DNA of 64,000 nucleotides from Octopus sinensis (taxonomy: Eukaryota): contig NC_042999.1 of NCBI RefSeq assembly GCF_006345805.1, forward strand, positions 12,462,001 through 12,526,000, written 5' to 3'. Positions 23,430-36,341 of the stretch are shown in pieces; positions within the stretch are counted from its first letter, which is position 1; each line of letters starts with the position of its first letter. The notes beneath the pieces were generated by a model. It was not told where the DNA came from and did no database searches. It saw only the letters and a list, made by a program, of their open reading frames with translations. The translations under genes were made by a program, and so were the position numbers.

Positions 23430-24110
23430 TTACCAGTCATAAGGCTCAACTTCAGTGAAAAGCAGATTGTATGATGCCTGTGTATAAAAAGCTACATTAC
23501 ATGGCAGTGAGACATGGGCTGTGACTACTGAGGACATATAGAGGCCTGAAAGAAATGAAGCTAGCATGCTCTGCTGCATAGCTAATGTCAGTGTGCATAT
23601 ATGACAGAGTGTAAGTGATTTGAGAGAAAAACTGGGTATATGAAGCATGAGATGTAGCGTGCAGGAGAGATGATTGCTAGTATAGTCATACGATGTATAT
23701 GGATGAAGACGGTTGCATCAAGAAGCATCAATCTCTAATTGTGGAGGGAAAACATGGAAGGAGTAAACCCAGGAAATGTGGGATGAAGTGGTGAAAGAGG
23801 ATATTGAGATGTTGGGTCTCATGGAGGGATGAGAAAGGACCAAGACTTCTGATTGTTTGCTGTGCTTGAGAAAACACATCAAGCTACGTGAAATCATGGT
23901 TGTTCTAGCATACAGGCATGTCCCTTGCATCCCACTTTAGCTGAGTGATCCTAATCTTGCGGGCACTGCGTTAAAGCATCCAGTACACTCTGTAAAGTGG
24001 TTGGTGTTAGGAAGGGCATTCAGCTGTAAAAACCATGCCAAAACAGACATGAAACATGGGCAACTCTTCAGCTAGCATGGAAAATGGATGTTAATCATGA
24101 TGATGGTGAT
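23430..24110 (+). mobile_element. Older decayed RTE 3' end with (GAT)n tail
   Basis: RLYDACV*KATLHGSETWAVT...RNEASML, then UTR remnants and the GAT tail. Confidence 0.75.
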
Positions 24111-24619
24111 GATACAAACAAACATTAATCTCTGTGTGTGTCTATGAACAATGGGCTTCTTTCATTTCCAGTCTGCCAAATTGCCTCAGACACTGATCTG
24201 ATGCATTTATTTCTGTTTGAAAATGAAAGGGAAGTTTGTTAGTTGAGATTGCACTGAAATGAAGTTAATTGAATAAATAACAACTGTACAGCTGTCAAAA
24301 AGGTAATAAAAATAAGGCCTTCTAGAGACCTTAACAGGGTATAAGGCTGGTATTTAATCTTGTATCAAGTCATTATCCCATCCCTAGATGATGTGTACAT
24401 GTGAAGATAATAAAATATAAGCAACTCCTGTTATCCATAATTCTTTAAAAATTACAAAATATTTCTGTGAATACTTCAACATTGCCACAATAATTATAGA
24501 AACTATATTAAGAACTCCTGATAAAAATTTTAATCTAATTCTACAAATAAATATGACAGAAAGAAAAGTAGAATAATGAAGGGAATTTTAAAAATTTCAT
24601 AGAAATATTTTTTCTTTAA

Positions 24620-24951
24620 CACTTTTGTTGCAATATTTCTGTTGAAACACTGCTTTTGTTTGAATTAATTTTGAAAAAAAAAAAAAAAGAATTTAGTAAA
24701 ATAACCTAGCCATTATTAAGATGATGTCTGGAACACTAACCCATTTAATATCACCCTACTTGAAACTGTCCATGGTTCTATGGTAGAAACATCCAGTGTT
24801 AAAGTGATCTAAATTAAAACTTTCAAACAAAATTCTTTGTTATATTCCAAACGCCAGCTTAATTACAATAGTGATTTTAGTAAATTCATTATTTTCAAAA
24901 TTATTTGAAACAAAAGCAGTGTATTTCAACAGAAATATGGTAATGAAGGGG
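24620..24951. mobile_element. Palindromic TTAA-flanked MITE (piggyBac-like termini)
   Basis: Long inverted arms (TTAA|CACTTTTGTTGCAATATTTCTGTTGAAA... / ...TTTCAACAGAAATATGGTAATGAAGGGG|TTAA), with TTAA at 24616-24619 and 24952-24955. Confidence 0.7.
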
Positions 24952-26829
24952 TTAACATGAATTTTGGTGGAAGGTTTTTGTATCATAGAATCAAGGGCAA
25001 TCTCAGACAGATTGGTATTAAAAAGGTTGCTAAATCTGCTGTTGCCAGAATCCTATCTTGCTTCTTTTTTACTTATATCAAGTATGTTATAGCATATTAT
25101 TTCACAAGCTTGTTGCTTGTTTTTAAAGGGGTTTGCATTAGTAAGAATGTCATGTCTTAGCAAATAAATAGATCCCTATTCATTTTAATACACATTTTAT
25201 TTTGCAATAAGATAATAATTGTTTGTAAATAATTTGAGCAAAAAAAAAACAAATGATAAAAATAGTAAAATACATTTTCAGAATAGCCATAGTTCCTAGT
25301 TTTACAATATTTTTGTCCCCCCCCCCCCTGAAAGCAAAAGAGAGATATTTTGAATGTAGGAGTGAAAAAGAATGAAAATATTGTGATGGAAACCAGCTGG
25401 CAGTATTTTCAATGAAAATAATTTCTGAAAACATGATTAATAAAGTATGTTTGCACATATGTTAAAAGATCAAGACTACAGTTTGGATAAGAGATAAAAA
25501 GTAGAGATTATGTGCAAAACAAATTAGTTATGAAAAAGGATGTAATGTGGCAGTTTGTATTTGACTAAAAATAAAGAAATAAAGAAATCCCTTTCTATTC
25601 TCATCACATAATTACAATATACATATTCTAGAGAGTTTTGGACTCCCTCCAAGAAACTTATAGTCAATACATGAAGTCATTGTTTTGTTTTAGCCCCTGA
25701 ATGGAGTGTTAAAGAATGGCATGCCCATGTTTTTACAAATGTATTCAATAGTAGGTTATCTTTAAGGACAATGCAGATAGATTGTGATGTAACCAAAGGG
25801 TGTAGGCAAAACATTATTAATATAATTGAAACTTGTCTCTTTGTTGGGTGTAAAAAAAAAAAACATAGTCACAATTGTCTCTAATTCTCAGAAAAAAAAG
25901 AGAGATAGTCTCAAAGAAATTGTCATTTCACAGAAAAATCTGCCTCATTTTCTACTTGTAAAAAATATTTGTCCACTGATTAAAACAGGGTTGAGAAGGC
26001 ATTGTTCTGCTGACGTAGAATAAGATTCAAACATGTCTGACATAAAGCCACCAACCAAACCATCAAGATTTACAGTTTCCTGTGAAATTATTCATTTTCT
26101 TGAAGTTATCTCCCCTCTACTTTGAGTGTTGCTAATAACTGTCATGTGACTTCCAGGTTCATTTTTTTTTTCCAACTAAAAAGCAAATTTCAACTCGTTA
26201 AGAAGTTTTTTGCATACATCATTCAATACATTGCCATCTACCTGAATTATCTTAATTCGTACCAATAGCCAACTTGAGTTAGTTCCCTTAGCCCACTTTT
26301 TTAAGTTTAAGGGCAGTTGAAATTTATACCTGAATGGATAATAGATTGTCAAAGTGTTTAAATAATCCCCTATAATTCATATAATTAGACTTCACATATT
26401 TTGGAAAACAATAATTATACAAAATTAGAATACTTAATGTTAAATAAACTCCAACAAAGAAATTTGTTAGTAGAAGATATCATCCAAAATTCTTTTGGTG
26501 ACAAACAGCTATCTTTATGGCATCTCTGTTTAATAATAGCCTCTATGAACATCAGCTGGCCGGTTGGATGGTTGTTTCCTCCATTCATGCTTTACATCAT
26601 ATAAAGAGAGGAGATGGAGAATAAAAGAGAGGTACAGAGAGAGTTAATATAAGACATACAGAATGTGTGCACATACAAGACTTGGTGGCAGGCAACAAAT
26701 AAAGGAACACTCCACACAGAGTGAGAGAGAAAGACTCACAGAAGAATTGAAGGAAGAGAGAGAGAGAGAGAGAGAGTGCATGAGTATGAGACAACCTACT
26801 AAGGCTGACAGATCAAATGTGCAGCTGGA

Positions 26830-27340
26830 GCAAAGTTTCTGTCAGACCAAGGGTGACATAGCAGTGGAAGAGTGAGGCTGACATGGTCATAAAAGAGAAG
26901 AGATGGGTTTGGAAAGAATAGGAAAATGGAGGTAGCGAAAAGGGAAGCTTGGTGTCAGGTTCATCTAGCAAGAGCAGAAGAGGAAAGGAAGAAGAGGTTT
27001 GCCAATGTCTTATAACATAAGGGTCAGAGATGAGATGTGTTCTGGATTGCAAGACAGTGTATCAGAGAGAATTGAGATGTTGTGGATGAGAAGTGTGTAC
27101 AAATGGATAATGGTACATTTACACTTAGGGATTCTGAGAAGAAAGAGGCATGGAAGTGCCACTATGAAAGGTTGCTAAATGTGGAGAATGCATGGGAGAA
27201 GGAGAGCCTTCCTAACATCAATCCAACTAAGGCACCAGGTGTCAGAGTCGACAACAGTGTGACAGATAGAGCAATTAAGGATATGATTGGCATTAAGAAG
27301 GGCATCAAGCTGTAGAAACCATGCCAAAAGAGACACAGTG
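26830..27340 (+). mobile_element. Decayed RTE fragment
   Basis: DEKCVQMDNGTFTLRDSEKKEAWKCHYERLLNVENAWEKESLP, homologous to 21671 onward. Confidence 0.75.
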
Positions 27341-27395
27341 CCTGGGCAGTATCCTTGTTACTTATTTGCTTTATATATATATATATATATATATA

Positions 27396-28215
27396 GAGGT
27401 AGACCCAGGAAAACCTGGGACGAGGTGGTGAAGCACGACCTTCGGACGTTAGGTCTCACCATGGAAATGACTAGAGACCGAGACCTATGGGAGTATGCTG
27501 TGCGTGAGAAGACCCGGCAAGACTAGTGAAGCCATAATCCGTGGCCCCTACCTGGGACGTAGTCAGTCCACCTGTGCATACCTTCCTTCTTGTGACACTT
27601 GTGAAGACCTGTTGAGGCAAGTGAGAATCGAATCGAATCGTATCAAATCAAATCGAACCAATCAAAATAGATGAACATCAATGGAATTTGTATCCTTGTG
27701 GTACCAGTGCCGGTGGCACATAAGAAAACCATCCGAACGTGACCGTAGCCAGTACCGCAATGACTGGCCTCCGTGCTGAGGGCAAGTAACAAACACCACG
27801 AGCGTGGCCGTCCGCCAGCCTCGTCTAGCACCTGGTCGGTGACACATAGAAAACACCATCCGAGCGTGGCGTCTGCCAGCCTCGTCTGGCACCTGTGTCG
27901 GTGGCACATAAAAAACACCATCCGAGCGTGGCCGTCTGCCAGCCTCGTCTGGCACCTGTGTCGGTGGCACATAAAAAAAAACACCATCCGAGCGTGGCCG
28001 TCTGCCAGCCTCGTCTGGCACCTGTGTCGGTGGCACATAAAATCACCCACTACACTCTCGGAGTGGTTGGCGTTAGGAAGGGCATCCAGCTGTAGAAACA
28101 CTGCCACATCTGACTGGCCTGGTGCAGCCTTCGGGCTTCCCAGACCCCAGTTGAACCGTCCAACCCATGCTAGCATGGAAAGCGGACGTTAAACGATGAT
28201 GATGATGATGATGAT
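27396..28215 (+). mobile_element. Young 5'-truncated RTE insertion (ORF end plus full 3' UTR) inside a (TA)n tract
   Basis: RGRPRKTWDEVVKHDLRTLGLTMEMTRDRDLWEYAVREKTRQD*, then the UTR with 62-nt modules and a (GAT)n tail. (TA)n lies at 27372-27395 and after 28215. Confidence 0.9.
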
Positions 28216-28221
28216 ATATAT

Positions 28222-28278
<57 letters not shown>

Positions 28279-31200
28279 GTATATATATATATAGCTCATT
28301 TAAAGTTCTCACAGCTATGTTGTAAAACATGATAACAGAACTTCCTCCTTAACAGTCAATAATACTGGAATGCATTTCCTGTTGATCCCCCACAACACAC
28401 CTTACTATTCTGTTTCAGTTATCTAATCGCCCTAATTGATGATGGAAGTGATTATGAAGAGAGTAGCTAGAGTAAGAGAAACATGAAAGAAATCTGAGGA
28501 GATCCAATCTTGCTGGCTTCTGTTTGTTCTGTCCTCCCTCTTCCTCTCTTCATTATCCTCTTAACATCTACTTTTCCATGCTTGCATAGATCAGACAATT
28601 TGTCGAGTGATTTTCTACAGTTTGTATCCCTTCCTGTCATCTGCCTTCACCTGTTTCTAAGCAAGGTAATACTTCTGCACAGCCAGACATATTCCCATGA
28701 AAGACGGGAAATGAAGGACATTGCTTGTTATGAGAGTGATGCTTGTGTGATTCCTACTGCATGTCACAAGAATACACAAACACACATATACAACAAGCTT
28801 CTTTCAGTTTCCATGTACCTATTCCACTCACAAAGCTTTGGATAGCTTGGGATTTTAGTAGAAGGTACTTGCCAAAAGTGCCATACTGTGGGATTGAACC
28901 TCAAACCACATGGCTGGAAAACTAATTATTTAACCACACAGTCACGTCTGCACTTTCATTTATATAAAATTCAAGCAGGAAGTCAGCATGCTTAAAGAAT
29001 ATACACATGAAAGTTTCTTCCTTGACAAGCGTTATTGCACAGAAAGTAGATGTTAACACAATAGTTTTTTGTTTTCTTTGTGAGTATTTATAGAACACTT
29101 CATTAATAAATGTTATTTTAAGACAATATAGCATTTCAAATGACAATAGCCCTTTGGTTTTTGACTTTGGCATCTAAGTGGCAACCAGAGTAATGCTAGT
29201 CTTCGGTTTCCTAAGTAACCAGTTTTGTCAAATGAATTATTTAGAACAGACCAAAAAGGTGTGTAATCAGATATCTAAAAAAAAGCTAACCACTATATAA
29301 CTGCTAAATCTATCATTTGACACAGAACCTTTCATGTATAGTTCTGTGAGTGTGTGTCTCCCATATCAGGTTGACAGTACAAACAGGATAAATAGAACTC
29401 AAAACATAAGTAGTTTATTTTTAATCAGTAGGTTGTGAGTTTCATGTTTAACAAGTAGTATGCATGAAACTCTTGGCCCTTCAGTTACTTTGTAACTTCT
29501 GTAGATTGAAAATAAAATATGTAAGATTATATATATATATGTATAGGAGAAGACATCTCAGGCTAAATAGAATCGTGGCCACCCATACATAGAGGCATGT
29601 CCTTTTTGGCCATGCCTCTCCCCTCACACATAATGCTGTCTTCTATCAAACTCTTCCACACCCCCACCATTCTCCCTCATGTGCCTACCTACACTCTCTC
29701 CATGCCCTTACACACCTACCATACCCCTCCCAGACACTTCCAATTCCTCTCAACATCACTTATCTTTGCTATCTCTAAACATCTTTCATCACCCTCTTAT
29801 GGAACATCCCCCTCAATCCCCTATGGACTACTTATACTACACCCATTGTTATCTGTAGGGAGTCCCTTTTACTCTCTTCCACTTGCCTCTCCTCAATAGT
29901 AAGCAGGTGACTTCTGTCATATTCTAATCTCTTGGTTCGACTCCCCTCTTTTAACCAGAGGTCATTGTCTTGTGAGCCCTGGGTGCTGATGCCATGTAAA
30001 AAGCACCTGTTTTGGTACCTTGTAAACAGCACCTGTGTCAGTGCCATGTTAAGAGCAGCTGTGTTGGTGCCCTGTAAACAGCACTCAATACACTTTACAA
30101 AATGGTTGGTGTTAGAGAGGGCATCTAGCCATAGAAACCATGACAAAACTGAGCATGGTGCTGCTCTCCTGACTTGCCAGCTCCTGTTAAACCATCCAAC
30201 CCATGTTAGCTTGGAAAACAGACATTAAATGATAATATAAGCCTTGCCAACATGGAAGCTGGGCGTTAAAAGATGATGGTGAGATATATATATATATACA
30301 GGGGGAGAGAGAGTTTACACCTACTTATTCGTCATTTGTGGTCCTGGTTATTCACGGAACTAATAATTGTATGTGGAAACCACTGCATATTCATGGAATT
30401 GTAAATATCGTCTGTAATTGTTTATGGCATTTTTCATGACAATATATATTTTTTCATGCTATTTAAGGCTAAATTATTAATAATATACTGTATTTGCTGG
30501 CTTACTAGACACCCCTTCGCAGTTGAAGCTCCCTTTGAATAGAATAGCTGCGTATTACATCACTTGATTGTTTTAGATACAAGTACACTGTATTTTGTAG
30601 CTCTTATTCCTGCTTTCAATCAAAGCTTGCTAATTAGTATAGCAACATCTATCTATATTTCACGCATACACTCTCTCCCTCTCTTGCTGTACTTTTGAGA
30701 CAGTTCTTGATACACCAACAATTTGACCTCTTTGAAAGTCCTATAGATCTGTCATTTTAATTACCTTTTTCTGAAAATATCTGAAAAGAAACAGCAATTT
30801 TAGCAAAACATATTGAGCAACTCTAATAATAAATCATAAAACATAAAAATAAACAAGATTTTGATGGTTTTACAGATATTTCAAAATTATGATGCTGTGT
30901 GTTTCCCTTATTTTGTCCAACCCCTATAGAAACAGTATATAGCACCAGTATTACTGGGCTAGCGACGACAGATTAAAGATATATACAACACAAGACTGAA
31001 TGTTAATTTCATACAAGCGCTTTTTTAAAAAATCATCACTACATTTGATCATACACATTGTTTATTTCAACAGGATCATTTTTAAGGTTGTCAGCCAATA
31101 TAGCCTCATGGAAATTAGGTTACTTGCTAGTCTCTCTCATTATTATAGTAATACAAACTAAATCTTTCAAAACCATGATTATTTTTAATCTCTGCTCAAT

Positions 31201-31597
31201 CTCCCATTAGTATTATGCGCATATTAGTTGAAAGGAAGATTTTGTAGGTGTTTTGGGGAAAACTGCATCCAGTAGCTATCTTGAGTATTTTGTTAAGTGA
31301 TGTGTTTTTTGCAGGGTGTTATTAAGTTAAGTTAATTTTTTGGCTCAAAAAGCAAAAGCAAGGCCATGTAGGGGGACATGGAGTTATGTACAGGGAGGGT
31401 GTTCATGCAAAGAGTTCAGGCCATTTCTGGTCAAGAGAGTCTTTGAACCGAGCAGTCATCGGCATCTTCACTATCTCGTCCAGCAGCTTATTATACGGAT
31501 CCGCAACCAGACAGAGAAAGCCCCTCTCCTTCGACTGAGATGAAATCGTCGCAGATAGAGCTTTTCAGAGTGACCCCACAGCCGACAAAGTCCTAAG

Positions 31598-33290
31598 ATG
31601 CCACCCAAATGCCCTTCATCTTCTAAGGTTTCTGGCAATGAATCTAAGCACCAGAAAAAGCTTATGACACTCCATGAGAAGGGACAACTGCTGGATATGT
31701 TCTGGAAGTTATGCTGCAGTAGGTCGCTATTATGTTGTCAACGAAAGCACCATACACTACATAAAGAAGAACAAGGTGGCGATCAGGACTACCGTAGCAG
31801 TATGTTTCTGTGAAAGTGCCAAAAAAGATAACGACAGTGAGAAACAAGCACCTTCTCAGGATGGAATCTACCTTGGCATTGTGGATCAGTGACTGCAAGA
31901 AGAAAAACATCCCCTTGAGTGGTAACATCATTCGTGAGAAAGCACCGAAATTATACCAGCAGTTTGACAGAGGAGACGGAGCAGAAGGCACCGAAGTACT
32001 GCAACCATGACCTTTGACAACACCAGAGCCCGAAGATTTTCAAAGTAAGCAAGGGATGGTTTGACCGTTTCCAGAAATGGTTTAACATAAAGTGTGTTTC
32101 CCTGGATGGAGAGACAGCATCAGCTGACAAAGAGGCTGCCGAGAAGTACCTTAAGACCTTCAAGCAGATCATTGAGGACAAGGGATACAAGCCAGAACAG
32201 GTTTACAATATGGATAAGACTGGCTTGTTCTGGAAGAAGATGCCTTCCACAACATACATCATGAAGGACTAAGCCAGAGCACCAAGATCTAAAGTACAGA
32301 CGGAGAGAGTGATGCTAATTATATGTGGCACCACTGCTGACTTCTTGATGAAACCAGGATTTATCTACAAGTTCACGAAACTGAGGGTCTTCAAAAGTAA
32401 GAATAAAAACCTGCTGCCTCTCCACTGGATGTACAACCCCAAGGCCTGGATTACCAAAAGTGTAACTTTGAATTGGTTCCACCAATGCTTCATCCCTCAA
32501 GCCAAGGAATACCTCCAAAATGTATGCATGGAATTCAAGGTGTTGCTTGTTATAGATAATGCTGGAGGTCACTCTTTGGATTTGAATCACAAAGGACACC
32601 AGTTGAGTTCCTCCCTGATAACACCACCTCCCTCATCCAGCTTATGGATCAAGGCATGATCTGTGCCTTCAAGGCACTTCAAATTTGGAACTCTCCAGCA
32701 CCTTGTGGATGCAATGGATTCAGATGAGAATTTCAAGTTGAAGCAGTACTGGTGTAATGTCATGATTGCAATGTGCCCGACAGTCATCCATGCTGCTCTT
32801 AAAGACATGTAAAAAAAGAACCCTCATCGCATGCTGGAAGATGTGGCCAGAGTGTGCTGAAGACTACGAGGGCTTCTCACCTGAAGGTATTCAGCATGAG
32901 GCTGTCAACAATGCAAGATAAAGTCAACAACCTCAGTGATGCCCTCTGTGAAACCCTGACAGACAAAGATTTGTTTGAGTTAACGAAGCCTGCCATCAAA
33001 GAGGAAGAGGAAGTGCTAGATCCAGAGGAAGATGAAGATGAGATGGGCCAAGCAACTGAATGTCTGTCCGACCTTTTAACAACAGCAAAGGAAAAGCAGA
33101 AGCATGGGATCTCTATATGGTTCAGTCACTCCGATTGGAAAATGCCATCAATGCTGCCATGCAGACATATAAAACTCTCATCACCATGAAGAAACAATGA
33201 CTGCAACTTGTTCCTTAAGTGCACCAAGAAAGCCTTGCATGAAAATACGACATCCCCTAAAACACCTGAAGAAGAAGTGTCACCTGAAGA
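31598..33290 (+). mobile_element. Decayed Tigger/pogo transposase (CENP-B HTH plus DDE_1)
   Basis: MPPK...KKLMTLHEK, VNESTI, RMESTLALWI..IPLSGNIIREKA, KGWFDRF, QVYNMDKTGLFWKKMP, NPKAWIT, VLLVIDNAGGH and QLMDQG across frameshifts. Confidence 0.88.
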
Positions 33291-33777
33291 GCTTTAATTC
33301 TTCTTTGCTGTGCAGTCATTACTTTCATTATTTTCATAATCATCATCATCTCAAATCAATATCATTCATTATTGGTGAGCAACCGTACATTTTACTTTAT
33401 TTTTTATTAAACTATTATTAAATATTATATATATTCTTTTCTACTCTAGGCCTGAAATTTTGGGGAAGGGGTCAGTCAATTAGATCGATCCCAGTATGCA
33501 ACTATATATATGTATGTATGTATATACCAACAATCCTTCTAGTTTTTACCAGCCACTGAGTGAAATTTTTGATGTTCTGAGCAAAAATATTTCCAACATA
33601 AACCTACAAGAAGGCATTCAAACTTTCATACATCTTTACTAACACATATTTTAAATATAAAGTGCTTCCCTGTTGAGTATGTTATTAAAATTTATAATAA
33701 ACTGGAAACATAAATCTGCACCATTTTAACATGTATTTTCCCAATAGCTGTCTTAACCAATAATACAATATTTTTAA

Positions 33778-33995
33778 CCCTTTTGACATCACCTGAGACC
33801 ACTCTTGGTTCTGAGACAAGCTTCCTGTTTTAAAGGGATCTAATTCAAAATCGTTTCCCATCAAAATTTCAAGTTAATTTATGTTCCAAACACTAGCTTA
33901 ATAATGACAAATTTACTTTACTAAATTCTACATTATTTATAAAACTAACTGAAATAAAATCAGAGTATCTCAACAGAAATATGGTAACAAAAGTA
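33778..33995 (+). mobile_element. TTAA-flanked MITE, same family as 24620
   Basis: TTAA|CCCTTTTG ... AGAAATATGGTAACAAAAGTA|TTAA. Further pieces lie at 4740-4850, 5130-5230, 36993-37080 and 62520-62895. Confidence 0.65.
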
Positions 33996-34004
33996 TTAAA
34001 CAAA

Positions 34005-34330
34005 ACTGGAGGCAAAGTGGCTGAGTTCCTTTTGAGTGTTGGGCCTCTTGGGAGGCAATGACCAAGACCTTTGGCATTATGTTGTGCTTGGAAAGAAGAC
34101 CATCAAACCGAGCAAGTTGTGGCAGATATCAGTTTCACGGAAATTGGTACCCATTCTGGTGGCACCATGCTGTGTCATGCAAATGGCACCTGTGCCGGTG
34201 ACATGTAAAAAGCACCCATTACACTCTTGGAGTGGTTGGCATCAGAAAGGGCATCCAGCCATAGAAAACCATGCCAAATCAGCCTGGAGTCTGATGCAGC
34301 ATGGATTCACAGACATTAAATGATGATGAT
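34005..34330 (+). mobile_element. RTE-related 3' end (variant subfamily) with (GAT)n tail
   Basis: GTTGGGCCTC..GGAGGCAATGACCAAGACCTTTGGC resembles the RTE ORF end. It shares the UTR core GGAGTGGTTGGC..GAAAGGGCATCCAGC. Confidence 0.65.
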
Positions 34331-34654
34331 GAACACAAACTGAATGATTAAATAGCTTACTGTTGTAGGTAATACAGAAACTGGCAGAATTAAAACTTAT
34401 GTAACCTAAAGCAATGTGTTTCTGAAGAACCAGTATGATCAATAAATTCAGTATTTGACATAAATATACAGTAAATGACAAATCATGAAAAATTTACCAA
34501 ACAACTAGTTCTAGAAGGAAGATTACTGTTGTTCATACAACAAAATGAAGAGGGATTTAAAACTGATAAATAACCACAAAAGAATTGATGTATAAGCATC
34601 AGAACATAAATCTATGGTAATTCAGAGCCCAATTGATAACAAGTTTTGTAGTAT

Positions 34655-35832
34655 GCCAATAGATGGCAGCACCCAGTTGTGTGCACAGTGAGAGCATTCA
34701 TGAGGCAGTGTGTTAAGCGATGTCATTGTGTTTACTTTGCAAGTTGTGAAATTTGGGTTTTTGTGATGACATGCTTGCTGTAGTCTGCGATTTTGTTATG
34801 GATAGGAAGCTGGAGCAAAGAGCGAATGTGAAATTTTGCATTAAACTTAATAAGTCTGCTACAGAGACATTGAGCATGTTTTGGCAATAGGTTGTACGCA
34901 ATGCTTCAAGTGGTATTTGCACTTCAAAAGTGGAAGAACATCCCGGGAAGACGATGATAAATCTGGAAGACCTGCCATGAATGTCAGCCCGAGAAACATG
35001 GAGAAAATTCCTCAGCTTGTGAACGAGGATCATTGGAGGAGAATCAACAACATTACTGATGTTGTTGGTCTGTTGTATGGGTCCATGCAGGCAATCCCAA
35101 CATCTGAACTGAACATGTTTGTCCCCTGCTTGCTGACCATTGAGAAGAAAGAACATCACATTGAAATTTGTCAAGGTTTTCCATCAGCATGCTTCATGTT
35201 GAGGATCATCACTGGTGATGAGAGTTGAGTCTACAAGTATGACCTTGAAATGAAGCAGCAGTGATCACAATGACTGAAGAAGGCATGACAGAGCCACAAC
35301 CCAGTCAAGTGCATGCTCACCATTTTTTCAACATCTACAGTGGTGTGCATCAAGAATTCATCTGCCAGGGCCAGACCGTCAATTGAAAGTTGTTTTGTGA
35401 TACTTTAAAGCATTTGGGGGATGACATTCAGCGAAAGCGATCTGTGGAGCCCAAAGAATTGGATCCTTCACAACAACAATGAACCCTGTCACTCATGAGT
35501 TTCTTGCCAAAAGCAACATGGTATTGCTTATGCACCCACTCTATTCATCAGATTTAGCACCTGTGGACTTCCATCTCTTCCCCAAGATGAAAAGATAACT
35601 CAAAGGTTGCTGTTTTAACATCATAGTCAAGATCGGGAGCAAATTGCAGAAGATCCCTGACTTGCTTATGGAAAATGACTTCCAGCCCAGATTCCAAAAG
35701 TGCCAGGAATGCTGGAACTGGGGTATTGCTGTGCAAGGTGACTATTTTAAAGGAGATGATGTTAAAACTTAAGTAAATAAGTTATTTTTTTATTAAACAT
35801 AACTAGTCTGGGAACTTTTTGATACCAACTTG
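34655..35832 (+). mobile_element. Decayed mariner transposon
   Basis: EQRANVKFCIKL, EDDDKSGRP, IITGDES, YSSDLAPVDFHLFPKMK and GDYFKG. The right TIR GGGAACTTTTTGATACCAACTTG ends at a TA (35833-35834). Confidence 0.85.
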
Positions 35833-36014
35833 TAGTTCATATTTAGTGTTCAGCAGCTGTTTCAAAAGATAAACAATATTAGATTTTAAATTAATTAATA
35901 ATGTATCTCAATTGAAGAATTATACATTTAATGATGCTTATCCTAATGTAACAGCTGTTGAACACTAAGTATGAACTATATGTGAAATTTATACTTTTCT
36001 GCTTTTATTCTAAA

Positions 36015-36341
36015 CTAGCACTATGACCCAGCAATGTGTGTGCGCACATACACGCGAGTACTGTCCAAATCTCCAACCAATCACATACAGCTAGCTGGCA
36101 TTCAATTGGCGTATCAAATTTCGGGCATTTTGATTGGGTTTTGGATAGAAAATTCACAAAAAAGTCACTTCTATTGATTTTTTAATGGCTTTGCGGGGTG
36201 ACTGGGGAAATGTAAAGATGTGCATGACCACCCTTGGACGGTTTTGAATGACCATAGAAAGTGTGAGCCCTCTAACTGAAAAATTGTGGATTTGTATAAA
36301 GGACACACACACAGACATTTTGCCGTTTATATATAGAGAGA
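36015..36341 (-). mobile_element. Non-autonomous Helitron-like element
   Basis: On the minus strand it begins TC (A|TCTCTCTATATATAAACGGC) and ends CTAG|T, giving an AT target with no TSD. It has an internal CA/GACA microsatellite near the 5' end, like Lep1-type Helitrons. Confidence 0.6.
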
